A DNA stretch of 64,000 nucleotides from Podarcis filfolensis (lineage: Eukaryota). Made by a program: the position numbers and the translations under genes. Below are positions 12,410-25,710 of this stretch, in pieces. The DNA is taken from the NCBI GenBank assembly GCA_964270895.1, contig OZ185439.1; one strand, 5' to 3'. Below the pieces are notes generated by a model. That model ran no database searches, was not told the DNA's origin, and saw nothing but the letters and a program-made list of their open reading frames with translations. Within the stretch, counting starts at the first letter, position 1, and every line of letters begins with the position of its first letter.

Positions 12410-13856
12410 TATATTATGGTGACTGAAACAATTGTCCATCATAAAAGCTGGCCGGCCACACCAGATACGATACACAGGGGAGGAAGTGGAGGGGAATTAG
12501 TGTAGGGTTCCCTCTGAATAACAATAATAAATTGTTAATGTGCAGGGCCATTCTATACATTCTTACTTAGAAAAAAGTCTCAGTGTGTTGAATGGAGCAT
12601 ACAGTACTCTTAAATAAGTGTGCATCGGATTTTGGCCTCTACATATGTGGGCATGTTATAAGCTTTGAAGGTTACAAACCAGCAGCATGATAGGATGATC
12701 AAAAAACAATTGGATGTGACCTGAAGTTGTTTTATTGGTTTACTTAAAATGTCTGTACAATTTTTTTCAGATACCTTGTTCAAGGCAGTTAGCGAATACG
12801 TACACTGTGATATAATGGCTACAACTTTGACTTGGAGAATCTGTGTTCAGGTCCCTCACTTGCCCACAAAGCATAGTGAGTGAGCTGCGGTCCAGCCATT
12901 GTTTCTCAGCATAATTAGCTCTCAGGGTTTCTGTGAAAATAAAATAGCCACCCTGAATTCAGTGGTGGAAATGTGCGGTATAAATTCAAGAACTTCAGAA
13001 GATAAAATCATTATAAAAATATACAGTAAGCTACTAAATCAGAACAGCAAACTCAGTAGCACAAAATATTATATGCTGCTGTTTTCATTACATCTCAGAA
13101 CAAGCCCCATTCCAGCAGGTCAGTCATGCAATCAGCCCTGAATGCTGGGACTCTATATACTTTAATGATCGTATCTACCATCTCCTCCTTTTTGTTTTAC
13201 CTCAATCAATCAAAAGCACTTCCCTGGCAATAATAGCCATTCACCAAGCCCCAAAGCAAGGCTGAGAGATGGTTTTGGGGGCTATCCTACAACTTTGCAA
13301 ATCTTTTGTCTTTAGAGAATCGTGAAACTCTCAGCCTTTCCCAGAAATGCTTAATATATATTTTTTGTCAAACTGCTGTGCAGCAGTTATAATCTGGTTT
13401 TCATATATAGTATTTTATATTTCAGCTATTTTATCCTGCTAGTTTTATTGTGTTGTGCTTTTAGAGTGTTGTACCTGCTTGTAAAAGGCTTGCAGCCAAG
13501 TTTGGGAGATGGTGTGGTTTTGAAATTGTCATAAATACTGATGAGTGGCTGGCCAGTTCTTATCATGGCATGCTCAGGACTGGAAATTGTGTCAGGTTGG
13601 GTGGATGCTGTTGGATTAAGGTTGATGCAGACCTATCCCATACCACGTTATAGCTTTTTTTTTTTTTTAAAAAAAGCAAAGAAACAAGGATATGTTTCCA
13701 TACTATGATTCCTATAGCATGAGTCATAGTGCAGACATAACCTAAACTGATTATGTCCACAAAGCTGAAACATTTCATAGAAGTAGGTGCAGCAAACTTG
13801 CATGGGCTGTGGTGAGCACATGGAGTACTTTATTCCTACTGTGTCACTTTGCTATT

Positions 13857-13985
13857 CTTTAAGAACAGAACAATTGTGTTGCCAGATCAGACCACTTTCG
13901 GTCTAGTTCAGCATCATGTTTCCAACAGCAGCTAGCCAAATACCTTTGGAAGTGCCCAAGCAGGGCATGAGGGTGATGATGACCA
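13857..13985 (-). mobile_element. Old CR1-type LINE 3' fragment
   Basis: taagaac...ccagatcagaccac...tctagttcagcatc...gccaaatacctttggaag resembles the copies at 31963 and 53486. Confidence 0.5.
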
Positions 13986-14752
13986 TGAAGGTCAGTGTAG
14001 GAACAATTTGGAATTAGAGCCTTGAGACATGGAACAGGATATGGTACAGACTTGCATGTTGAGAGGAAAATCTCCATTCTGAGACATGTCCTGCAAGAAC
14101 AAATGTCCATGATCTTCATTGCCGTTTGTTTCTGTATTATTATTATTTTAATCCTGCCCTTGTCATTTTGAACGTGGGACTTAGAAAGAATGGTAACATC
14201 CTACACTGTGCATGTACACATCCATTTTGGCTTTTAAAACTCAGGCGTCCCATGCCAAGCAAAAAATGGTCACTTATGCAACAGACATATATGCTGCCAT
14301 CCTGTGTCACTTGTGTCCTTGCCTTTCTTTTGGGTAACCAAGTGATGTTCCTCTCAAAGTTAGCTTATTATACTTCCAAGAATTAACTGGCCCTCATGAG
14401 GTCACATCTACACATGTAACTTGCATTTTACCACTCTGAAAGGACATGTGCAAGAAATTACACATTATCTTTTTTGTGTGAATATCTAATTTCACCTAGG
14501 TGGAATCTACGCACACAAAAAAAGCATTCTGAAAATGCTTTTTTTAAAAAGCGTTTTTAAAAATACATTGAATTTTCCATAAGGCTCACCATCGCCATCT
14601 AGTACCACATTGTATATTGCACTTAAAACATTTTTTTTTGCAGCTGTATAGCTGCGTCCCCAATATTTTAGAGGAAATCTCACCCCTTCTCAAGGACAGG
14701 GTGAAAGCTTTCTGTATAATATCTGAAAGAGGAATGAAATGTTCACATAATT

Positions 14753-14903
14753 GGCCTGGATAGCTGGTTAGAGAGTGGTGCTGATAATGCAAAGGTTGCA
14801 GGTTTGACTCCCCTATGGGACAGCTGCATATTCCTGCATTGGAGGGGGTTGGATTAGATGACCCTCAAGATTCCCTTCCAACTCTACAACTCTATGATTC
14901 TAT
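14753..14903 (+). mobile_element. SINE with tRNA-Ile-like head and CR1-type 3' tail
   Basis: The head ggcctggatagctggttagagagtggtgctgataatgcaaaggttgcaggtttgactcccc resembles tRNA-Ile (GAT loop). It is followed by tcctgcattggagggggttggattagatga and an (attctatg)-type tail. Confidence 0.82.
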
Positions 14904-16074
14904 AGACCCCTAAATGGCTCCCTGCCCCCGTTTATACATACCTTGCTTCCATAATGGCAGTGCGCATGGGGTTCCCAGGCAGTCTTCCATGCAGGCACTC
15001 ATAAGACCCAGACCTGCTTAGCAATGACATGGGGGCTGCCTCATTTGTTCATTTGTATTACAGCAAAGACTTGATGTCTGCTCTTTACTGTCCAGTCTTT
15101 CCAGCTCATTTAGTTGGTGACTGTACCACTCTCATCTTTTGTGTGTGTGAGAAATTCAGAGCTTTGGTTTTGTCTTTTCAGAATTTGCCCACTCTGCTAC
15201 TGCTGTTACACAACTACCCTTGGGTATCCTATAAGTCAGCCTGTTTGTCTAGAGGTGGTGTAGCCCTAACATGGGCTGCTAACAGACTGCAATGCCCTAA
15301 TGTCTGAGGTTGTATCCTGAGGTTGCAGCCCTCTCATTTCATTGCTCTTCTGTTCCTTCCCACGGCATTTCTGCAGTTACAGGAAGATCTGAGTCTGAGG
15401 TAGGAAGAAAATGGAAACCCCCCTCAGATCAGTATTTGAGCGTTCGCATTCCATGGGCACAACATGCAGCAGAGGAGCATTGGATTGGGGAAGCGGGAGA
15501 GACAAATCAAAACAATTGACTTGTAAGTCAACATGCTAGCTTGCTGTTTCAGGCAGACTGTTGAAATCCTAGCCCTACGATGATATCATTTAGACTGCAG
15601 GAGGCTCTGAACTGTGTGGATGAGTGGACTGAGCCGCCTTCATTCACCTCGGGAAGAGGAAGAGTTGAGTGTGGCCCCATTTTCCACAGAGATCTGCTTC
15701 CCTGTCATTCAATGATAGGACAGAAGGACAGCATGTACCAAAGCGCAATTTAGCCACCCGCTGCACTGAGGTAGTTCCCTCCCCTCTATGATTTGCAAAG
15801 CGTAAAAGGGCCTCCCTAAGGAGATATGAGGCGCAATCCCTTCAGCTCAGATTAATTCTGCATTTTGAATGGATAAGAAGGAATGCCAGCCCTGCTATCT
15901 CTCCCCCATCCCCTTCATATCCCATTCAATGTAGTACAGGGAGTTCTAGTGATGCATTGAGAATTTTCATGTGTCACTAAAAATAGCGCCTTTGGGAGAA
16001 GTGTGAGTTCATACATGTTAAAAAGCAGGAGACAGCTTTTCAAAATCTGACAATACATGCTGATCAGTTTAGGC

Positions 16075-16212
16075 AAGAGGTGGGTAGTTTGTGGCCATCC
16101 AGGTGTTGTTGGAATTCAATTTCCATCAGCTGCAGCTAGGATAAGCAATGGTGAAGGATGATGGGAGTTGTAGTGCAGCAACATTTGGAGGACCACAGGT
16201 TCCCTGCCCCGG
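16075..16212. mobile_element. Diverged hAT-type MITE related to the copies at 60156 and 61729
   Basis: Shares the core gatgatgggagttgtagt and has degenerate inverted arms (tgtggccatccag / tggaggaccaca). No clean TSD. Confidence 0.45.
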
Positions 16213-19200
16213 TTCCAGGCTTTGTATTTGCATTGCAAATGGAAAAGGGGAATTTTAAAAAAGCGATTTGTGCCTTACACACTTTGAAAGCTTAAACTTC
16301 TCTACAAGAAACTGAAAATGGTACTCAAAGCGCCAGATAGTTCCACTAGTGGAAGCCAATCTGAGGCCTTCTGCTAGATAAATGTTTTTCTGTTTGCCTT
16401 TCTCCTCCCTCAAATTGGCTGGGCGGGGCAGGGACAGGGTTGGAGGAAACCCCAGAACAGCATGCAGGGGGAGGATTCCATAGGGTGGCCATGGGTCCTA
16501 CTTTACAGAAGACATTCCTAGCAGAAGAGATATTTGGTTCAAGTCTGATTTAAAGATAAAGAATCAGAAGAGACCTTGAAACGGCTCATTAACAGTTAAC
16601 ACCTGGATAGCATACAGATCACTTGACCACAGCCTTCTCCACTATGGTGAGATGTATGATACTTTAATTTACATGATTTACAAGTCAACACTCTTAAGAT
16701 CATGGAGGTTGGGTAGAGTGATTAACATTTGAAAATTCATCTAAGGCTGCTGTTCTGTTCCCATATAAGTGTTTACTTAAAGTAACTTTTCTAATAAATG
16801 GATTTAGGGTTGTAATATTACTGACTTTAATGTGACTGAGCCTTGTTTGTGCAGGGTGACGGGGGGGGGGGGAATGTAATGCAATCTAGTTTTGGCTGTA
16901 CCTGCCTCTGGTCTACCCAGGTGTAAATGGGCTGTATTCAATTAAATTCTGCTCACAGTAGACCCACTGAAATTTAGGAACCTAAGTTGTGCCTACTAAT
17001 TTCAATGGGTCTACTCTGAGTAGGACAAGCAGGGAACACATTCCATTATGTTGAGATGTGTTTTAATCATAGCAGGCGATAAACGTTGAGACAGAATTTT
17101 GGATTCTGTCAAGAGTTGGGGGATAGAGAAGAACATTTGAGCATCCTTTCAATCTCAAGTCATCCAGGTGTTCTACTTTGGAATGTAAGCCTTATAATAT
17201 TATTACACTACTATGCTCCAAGTGATAAAAATGGAGAACTTGCACTTTAAGAGACAGTAGCTGTAACGGAAAGGTATGGTTACTATAAATTCAAAGCCTA
17301 GCATTTTATTTATGCTGAGAACTGCATAAGGTATATATGTATGTGTATGTATACCATACGACAGCTCAGCTTTGTACATTTAATGAGCTAAGTTGGGGGA
17401 AGGTTCTGTGGACAGGTCTTATGTTATCAAAGCAATAATAAACAACTTTAAAGCCACCTTCCTTCACTTGCTGTAACAGTAACATCCATATTCTTTATGC
17501 ACTCCTGTGCTTGGCTTAATTTCTTGGGAGAAAATGTGAAATGAATATTAGCTACTCATTCTAGATGGACCATTTAAAGAAACAAGCTAAGTCTCTGAGT
17601 TGGGAGTGTTGAGCAGTTTCATAGGCCCACATGTGCTCTGTATTCTTACATAATGTGCTCCAGGGCTGACCTCTTGAAATCAAGCCATGGGACTAAAACC
17701 TGCTGAAGCCTGGCTACAGAATGTAATATCTAAAGACCTGCCCAATCTCAAACTATCCTGGAAATGTTATGTTGCTTGAAAGCTCAATCTCAGGCTTGAA
17801 AGTGCTGCTTTTAATTTCTTATCCCAGTGTTCCGAGGCAAAGCATTCTGCACATGCTCAAAGGCATCCTTATTACACTTTTTATATCATGTTAGTGCCTA
17901 GGGCATGTTCTGCCTAGGGCAGAAAGGAGGTTCACCAGATGCTATTGGAGGCATTTCTGGTAGGGATCTACTAGAAGGATCAGGCAGGGTCTTCTGAAGC
18001 CTTCTGCTTCCTCTCTAGGGAGGAGTTATCCCTCTTTCCAGACCAATCCTGCCTTCTCATCTATATCCTTTCTAGTGTTTGTTTTGTGTCAGTTTTGTGA
18101 GTTTTGTGATCTTTTTCCTCCCCTCCCACCTTTTCTTCTTCTGATAAATACCCCTTTCTCAGGGACCTTAGCATTCCCCTTCAGACTTTTCCCTACACAT
18201 GTTTCCTGAAATGAGAATGTGTCACTCCCTGCCCCCGCCACTATTATCAGAATGCCCCCCCCCCACCAAACTTGAGAGCTGGGGCATTCCTCAAAGTGCT
18301 GCTGCTCGTCTTCTCTGCCCTGGGTGGTGGTGGTGGGGAGATGAACAACAACACTGCACACAGGAGCGCTTCAGCTCTCCCCAAACTCAGCGAGAACCAG
18401 GGCACTCCTCAAGATGTTGCCGCTTGCCTTCTCTGCCCCAGAGCTGGGAGAGACGAGAAGCAATGCCACATGCAACATTCCTTCCTCTCACCAGTGAGGC
18501 GGTGGGGTGTTCCGTCTGGGGCAGGCAGGGCACCAGCTCTTGTGCTTCTGCTACCTGAGGCAGATTCTTCACCTCACCTCACCTCATTGGTGGTCTGGCT
18601 CTGACGGAGTGTGTCTGGAGAGCTGCAGAGACTGATCCTGACCCTTGATGCCTGCCATCAAGTTGGCATGCTCTTCTCAACCAGGTAGTTGCCCAGGGGA
18701 CAACAATCTAGAGCTCTGGGCCATATCCCTGGGCCTGAAGTCTTTCACTTGAGCTGTTCATTGGTGAAGGCCTAAATTTGCATCACACTGTTTATCACTT
18801 CAGCTGGCCAGTGATAGACCCCTTTGCAAACCTGGTCATTGCAGTTTTTGGCATTCATCTTGTGCTTCCCATGTGCAACATTGAAGGGAATAGACATTCT
18901 ATTGCACCATGGTCTGGGGGTTCAACTATTAGCATTCTCTTTCCCCTCTGATTCCTTGTATGATCCAGAAGATTCAGCCGCTGTAGGCTTTGGTAGTCCT
19001 TGTGGCCTCATTATGACTGTAGAGGCCATTATTTCAATGTCTCATCATTTTGTCTGTGTGAAACCTGTGGATACTTCCAGTCCAGAGGAACTGTTGTTGC
19101 TATTTATTTAACAGTATGACAACTGAAAGTCTGGCTGACTCAAATGGTTGTTTCTGTTGTGACTGCATTGTACTCTAGGAAGGCTCCCTCTTAACACATG

Positions 19201-22055
19201 TATAAACTCAGTAGGATTTATCAGTCCTGGGGTTCTACTGCTAAGGTAGAGGCAGTGATTTCCTTGTAGCTGCCTGGTCACAAGGTCATTTTGCTGGTTG
19301 CAACTACATTGGTGAGTAGGGTTACAGAGTTAGGAGTCTTTCATTGGACCCATAGTTATGTGTTAATGCAGGGTGGTGACTGGGAATGGCTCTGTTCTTT
19401 CTCTGTTCACAGGCAGTAGTTTCACTCTCCTTTTATCATAATCCTTTACATTCTCACGAATCCAAATGGCACACACTGCCATTGGTAAGGAGAGCTCTGC
19501 GGTACCAGCTACACAGAGCTTTGGAGTTTAAACTTTCTGAGACTCTTTTGTCTTCTTTCGCTCCCTAGAAATGGTTCTGCACTCAGTAGCCATCCTGCTC
19601 GCAGGAACACAGAGGGCTCTGCTGTTTTATTTGGATAGGTCTTGGGACACGAGGAGGTCTGAATCTCACTCTGAGGACTTACAGGTCCCTCTGTAGGAAA
19701 GTGAACTAATATCTATAGGCCATAATGTGTTGGTGAGGGGTGGCTGGGAGAGGAGCCTTCCCTCTCTCTTTTCGGATTGTTCAGGAAGTGCATTTTCTCT
19801 ATTATTTCAAATATTACAACTTCCTGGATAGGTTGAAGGTCTTTCATAATTCACGCTTCTGTTATTCTTTATGCATGCCAAATGCAGGCTGTTAAACATA
19901 AATAAAACTTCCAGTGCCCAACCAGGAAAAATAAACTGCCAAGACTTGTCCATCCTCTAAAAGGAAATAGAATATATTTTCAAATTTTCTTCCTCATCAC
20001 TATATTTCCATTTGGTAGCTTTTCTTTGTGGCTCTGTTACATTGACACCTACGATTGTTATTCTGAAATACATTTATTTTCCTTTATTCTGTGTTTTATT
20101 TCATTGTTGTAAGGCAATTTTCAGAATACAATTAAAATAGGATACGAAGAAATAATTCTGCATTAACAGGACTGTGTGTGTTCTGGAATATAATTTTGCA
20201 ATTCAGAATTTGGCAGCCTGGTAAGAACCTCATCTTTTTATTTTAAAGCAAATATCCAGTCCTTGAGGTCTAGATATGCAATATGGCAGGTGAAGTTTCA
20301 GAAGCTAGTGGGTGTAAACAGGATTTTTCTAGTTTAGTGAGTTACAATGCCCTGCATAGCTTTTCACTGCATAGTCTTCAGCAGTTTACTTGACACATTA
20401 CCTCGCTTCCTGACTGTACATGTCTACTCAGAAGTAAATTCCACTGAGGTCAAAAGTGCATCAAAGTGTGTTTGGGATTGCAGCCTTAGCTCTGCAAAAT
20501 AAAGACATGTAGGAAAATAATTTATACGGGTTCTAAAACTTTATTTAAAACCCCCCAAAACCTGTTAGCTTCCACTAAGTGGAGCAGTTTTAGAACAATG
20601 AAAGTGGAAAAAATGAAAGTGCCAGGGACTGCAAAGAGTAGGCACAAACTAGGAAGATCAGCCCTTGAGATCAGGTTATTTTGCTTAAAGCTGGAGAAGC
20701 TACAACTCAAGTAGTCACAAAGGGTTCTGAGTAAATTGCACACTCCTTTATCAGCAGAATTCATTCTTATGCTTGGCTCTTACTTCTCTAGTTGTAAAAA
20801 TTGGAATAATCATTACCATAGCGAAGATGAAAATAGTAAGGATTATAATGTATTTTGCAATCTGAAAGCCATCTTAAAATGATAGGTATTCATAATGATC
20901 GCATGCTATGCTCTTGGTGTTTCATTTGAACTAGGGCTCCCTTAACAGGACATAGATGATGAAATCTTCCATCCTGGAATATGAGAAGGAAAAATGTGAA
21001 GCCTGCCGACCTATGCACAGTTAGAAATAGGCTCCATTGAACTCCATGGGACTTACTTCTGAGTGAACATGCAAAGGCTCAGGCTACATAGGAGGCAGTA
21101 CACATCTCTGTACATATACAGAGTGCCTTTCCATCATCAGTGAGCAGTTAGAGCCAAGGCCCACATTCCTGGGATGAGAGGACTGAGTTTCTTGTTCAGA
21201 ACGTATGTGTTTAAGGCAGGTTTTAGTTCCAGCACCTTCCCTTTTTAAAGTTAATATCTAGGGGCTTCTTAACCAGATAATGTGAGTTATTGTGTAATGG
21301 TCTGAATGAGGCAAAGGCCTGTTTGTGACATAGAAAGCTCCATTCCAGCACCTCGTAGGTCTCTGAAATGTCGGTGGTCATCTTACAGAAGTAATGGTCA
21401 CTGTTATTAAGAGCCACTATACAACTGAAAGTTCAGGGCTACCATTAAGTAGTAAATCATATTACTCATATATTGAGAAATGCTATTTCAAAGGCAAAGC
21501 GCTATGGAATAAATACACTTGGGTTTAGCTTTGAGACAATGGAGAGCTTGTGTAAAATGGATACAAGGTGAAAGTAATTTTTAAACTTTTATTTTCAAAG
21601 AGTTTTGTGACCCATTTTGGCTCCTTTACTTGATGTCCTTCCATTGCTTTTTTGATTTTTTTTAAAAAAGACTCTTACTATTATATCAGGTCCAGAAAAA
21701 AAAATCCCTGCTTTTCAAAATAGGGTAATTCTGTGTGTTTTTATATAAAAAGTAGAGTGAGACATATGTGACGTTAGGAGTGCCTATTGCAACCATATTA
21801 AAATGACTAGTGACCCCCCCCCCCAATTCCAGTAGCATACAATTTGGCACAAACATTTTGAGGTCAGATGTTACATGTGCTTTTGTTTTGTTTGTCAAGA
21901 AATAGTAGGACTGTCAATAGCTATCAGCCAGGATAGCTAAATGAAACTTCCATGTTCAGAGGCAGCATGCTGCTGATTATCAGAAGGCTGCCAAATGCCT
22001 CTGGGAAGCTCAAATGTGTGGCATGAAGGCAATAGCCGTCTCTGTTCCAGGCACT

Positions 22056-22386
22056 TAAAGGGTAAAGGGTAAAGGGACCCCTGACCATTAGGTCCAGTCG
22101 TGGCCGACTCTGGGGTTGCGGCGCTCATCTCGCTTTACTGGCCAAGGGAGCTGGCGTACAGCTTCCGGGTCATGTGGCCAGCATGACTAGGCTGCTTCTG
22201 GCGAACTGAGCAGCGCACGGAAACGCCGTTTACCTTCCCGCCGGAGCGGTACCTATTTATCTACTTGCACTTTGACGTGCTTTTGAACTGCTAGGTTGGC
22301 AGGAGCAGGGACCGAGCAACGGGAGCTCAGACCATTGCGGGGAATTGAACTGCCGACCTTCTGATCGGCAAGTCCTAGGCTCTGTG
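22056..22386 (-). mobile_element. Sauria SINE, near full length
   Basis: The reverse strand reads cacagagcctaggacttgccgatcagaaggtcggcagttcaattcccc (B box) ... aagtagataaataggtacc ... ending in a (ccttt/accctt)n tail. Confidence 0.92.
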
Positions 22387-22838
22387 CTTAGGGAAGCCTA
22401 TCGCACAGAGATCACACTTGCAAGTTTCCCAAAGCCCTCTTTGGAAGCAGAATCCTGAACTGGATGGACCTTGGGTCGAATACATAGGACAGCTATTAAC
22501 ATTATGTGCTTGAAGTCTTGTGATTAGGTGACACGTTTTTACTTTTATTACAAAAATGCATTCAATCTCAGTTTTAAAGGAAAAAATTGTGGAAGTGTTT
22601 TAGCTTCTTAGTGTCTCCTGTAAAGCAAAATGTAATACACGATTGCAACAGAAAGGATGTCAGTTGCATTAAATTAGAGTACTGTATGTTAATTAGCTGC
22701 CCCATTCCACCCTTGCAGTGCATATTCTGTTGCTCTCCCCTAATTAAGAGATCAAGGATCCTATGTTGTTTTCATGTGCAGTTTGTTTGAAAATCTCCAA
22801 ATATGTGTGTATGTGTGTTAAGCAGCTGATACATTGTA

Positions 22839-23621
22839 CCATATTTTTCGCTCTATAGGACGCACTTTTTCCCCTTCAAAAATGAAGGGGAAATGTGTGT
22901 GCGTCCTATGGAGCGAAGACGCCATAGCCCCGCGACCCTCTCCCGGCTGGAGAGGTAACGCGCGGCTATGGCAGGAGCCTCCATAGCCGCGCGTCACCTC
23001 TCCAGCCGGGAGAGTGCGTGCGGGGCTAAAGCAGCCCCCCGCGACTCTCTCCCGGCTGGAGAGGTAACGCGCGGCTATGGCAGGAGCCTCTATAGCCGCG
23101 CACAACCTCTCCAGCCGGGAGAGCACGTGTGGGGCTAAAGAAGCCCGGCTTACTCTCTCCCGGCTGGAGAGGTGATGCGCGGCTATGGCAGGAGCCTCTA
23201 TAGCCGTGCGTCACCTCTCCGGCCAGGAGAGCGCGTACGGGGCTAAAGAAGCCATAGCCCCGCGACCCTCTCCCAGCTGGAGAAGTGACGCGTGACTATG
23301 GCAGCAGCCTCTCCGCTGCGCCTTTCCGCTGCTCCCTGACCTGCTCTTTGGGGCTGGTGGTGGGCTTCCCCCCGCCAGCCCCAAAGAGCAGGTCGAAAGG
23401 AACCTTCCAAGGTAGCCGCCTGAACGCACCTTAAACGGCACCTTGTTTTAGAGCGGGAAAACAAGAGGGGGAAAATTCTCCCACTCTCTGCGCAGCGCCT
23501 CCTGCCACTTCGCTGAAGGGGCGCTGGGCAGAGAGCGGAAGAATTTTTTTCCCTTGTTCTCCCCACTCTAAAACAAGGTGCATCCTATTGTCCGGTGCGT
23601 CCTATGGTGCAAAAAATACGG
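22839..23621. mobile_element. pogo/Tigger-like non-autonomous DNA transposon (783 bp) with an internal hairpin array
   Basis: TA|ccatatttttcgctctataggacgcac ... gtgcgtcctatggtgcaaaaaatacgg|TA. Same terminal type as the element at 12240; no transposase ORF. Confidence 0.9.
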
Positions 23622-25349
23622 TACTTCTTAAAATCTGCTCTTTGGTCTCAGCCAGTTACATGACAGGAAAGGACAATAGCATTAGTTTCAAAATTGCAGA
23701 CGGTGACTTGCTTGACAGCAGCCCGAAGAGGAGTCCTGTCCCTTAAAAGTGAAGCAGGGAAGGCTTCCGAGTTCTGTCTCTCTGTCAGAAGAAGAACCCC
23801 TTCTCAGTTTACAACCTGTGAACAAGACGCCTGCACAACTTCACAGGAACCAGTCAGAGCCATTTCATTGTTTGAAATGGAGTTCAGATGGCATCACCCC
23901 CACCACTCTGACCAACTTTTAAAAGTCTTCCTGCACCATTCAGACACCAGTGCCCACCTTCATCTGTTTCCCCCTCGTGCTGCCAGGTTTCCTTACCCTG
24001 CTGTGTGGCAAGGCTGGCCCTGAATGGGCCCAAATGGTTCAGAGCTTGCTGCATGAGGAGAGCAGCAAGCTACCTTTGCCACCCCAGGCAATGTTGTGTA
24101 GATGACAGGACATACAAACCAGAGCAACAGCATTGTCACTAAGGGCTAATTCACTGCTGCATCTCTGGTCACTGATTGTACAAGACATCAAGTGATGACC
24201 TGCATGTGCGAATGGCCCATCAGAGGTTAATTGGCAGACAGACATTTCTTGCTACTCAACACAATACCTTTCAGGAGTCTGGTTGTTTTCTGACAACTAT
24301 AAACTCCACTTCTTAATCTTTGGTACTTAAATTAAAAGCCAAAGGAAGGACAAAAGGAAGACCATCTATTGCATGCAACCTGTACATCTTGCCGTCATTC
24401 TTCCAAGACTCTGTAAGTCAGCAGTTCAGTCGTGTCTTGGGCTCATCAGCCCATAACTTACTATTCGCTTTCAAATGCACCAAGGCCATTAGATCTGGAG
24501 AAAAGTCAGATTTAAATACATTTATCTTAATAAATGGAAAAGCAAGTGTTGCTTAAAGCAAATATTCAGTGCATGCGATGTTGACATCAGATTTATTTGC
24601 AGGACTTAAAAGCTGGCCTTACTTAAATCTGTTTCAGCCGTGGATCAAATGAATTTGGTTGTCCCAACCTGGCCCCCAGTGAATCAAAGTCCACATCACC
24701 AACTCACAGCATCATTTGTCACAATTGGCAGTATCTGCTCATGAGAAAATTATGTGAGCACGGGCTGCAGAGTAGGCTTGAGGTGCATTATCAGAGCTGT
24801 ATGGGGAAGCATGCAGCAGGCTTGCCCTTGCTCCAGCAGGACTTGCTCTACTTTACTCTTGTTTTCATAAGGCCCAATAAATATCAAGTTAAAGCTGAGA
24901 ATGAGTTTGAGCTCATTTAACTGTGCTTCTGTTTTGCCATTCATGTTCAGTCACCTTTTCAAAAGTCCCAAATGTGTACTCCAAATCACTAGTGTGATTG
25001 TCACATTCTTTCGCTGTCTCTCACTCTATCAGATACATTATGAAAATGACTTTTGCATATTAACTACAAAAACTAAGGAACTGCTTCATGGATTTCCCAG
25101 CAGAATTGCATGAGAAACATTAACATATTTGGTGATTCAGAAAGGTGGAGGGAAGGGAGGGAGTAGAGGCAGAGAAAGCAATAAAGACTTTTGCATATTT
25201 GTTTTTCTGACCCAATCAAATATGCACACAAACCAGGAGGGAAATGAGTGAAAGAGGTGTACCATAATAGTGTTTATTTCACAAACTGTGTCCCTGTTGG
25301 GTATAGGGATCCCATTGATTTGCCCATAGCTTACTCCAAAGCTCATCTT

Positions 25350-25710
25350 CTCCTGTGCTGGGCAGGGTACAGATGTAGAGCCAATCAGAAGGTGAGCTAT
25401 TTGACTCTGTGTCAGATGGGTGAGTTCCAGTTGCTCTGTCCCAGCTTCTGCCAACCTAGCAGTTCAAAAGAACACCAGGGCAAGTAGATAAATAGGTACC
25501 ACTGCGGCAGGAAGGTAAACAGTGTTTCCATGCGCTCTGGCACCCGTCAAGGTCCTCCATGCGCCAGAAGCAGTTTAGTCATGCTGGCCACATGACCTGG
25601 AAAGCTGTCTGTGGACAAACACTGGCTCCCTTGGCCTGAAGTGAGATGAGCGCTGCACCCCATAGTTGCCTTTGACTGGACTTAACTGTCCAGGGGTCCT
25701 TTATACCTTT
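25350..25710 (+). mobile_element. Sauria SINE, diverged full-length copy
   Basis: gccaatcagaagg...ctgccaacctagcagttc...aagtagataaataggtacc...tcatgctggccacatgacc...gagatgagcgc...ggggtcctttataccttt. Confidence 0.85.

Noticed and set aside
22926-23311. Hairpin array as a CRISPR-like repeat-spacer array
   Set aside because: Eukaryotic intron, ~103-bp units, no unique spacers, no cas genes; the array is enclosed by transposon TIRs and a TA duplication.
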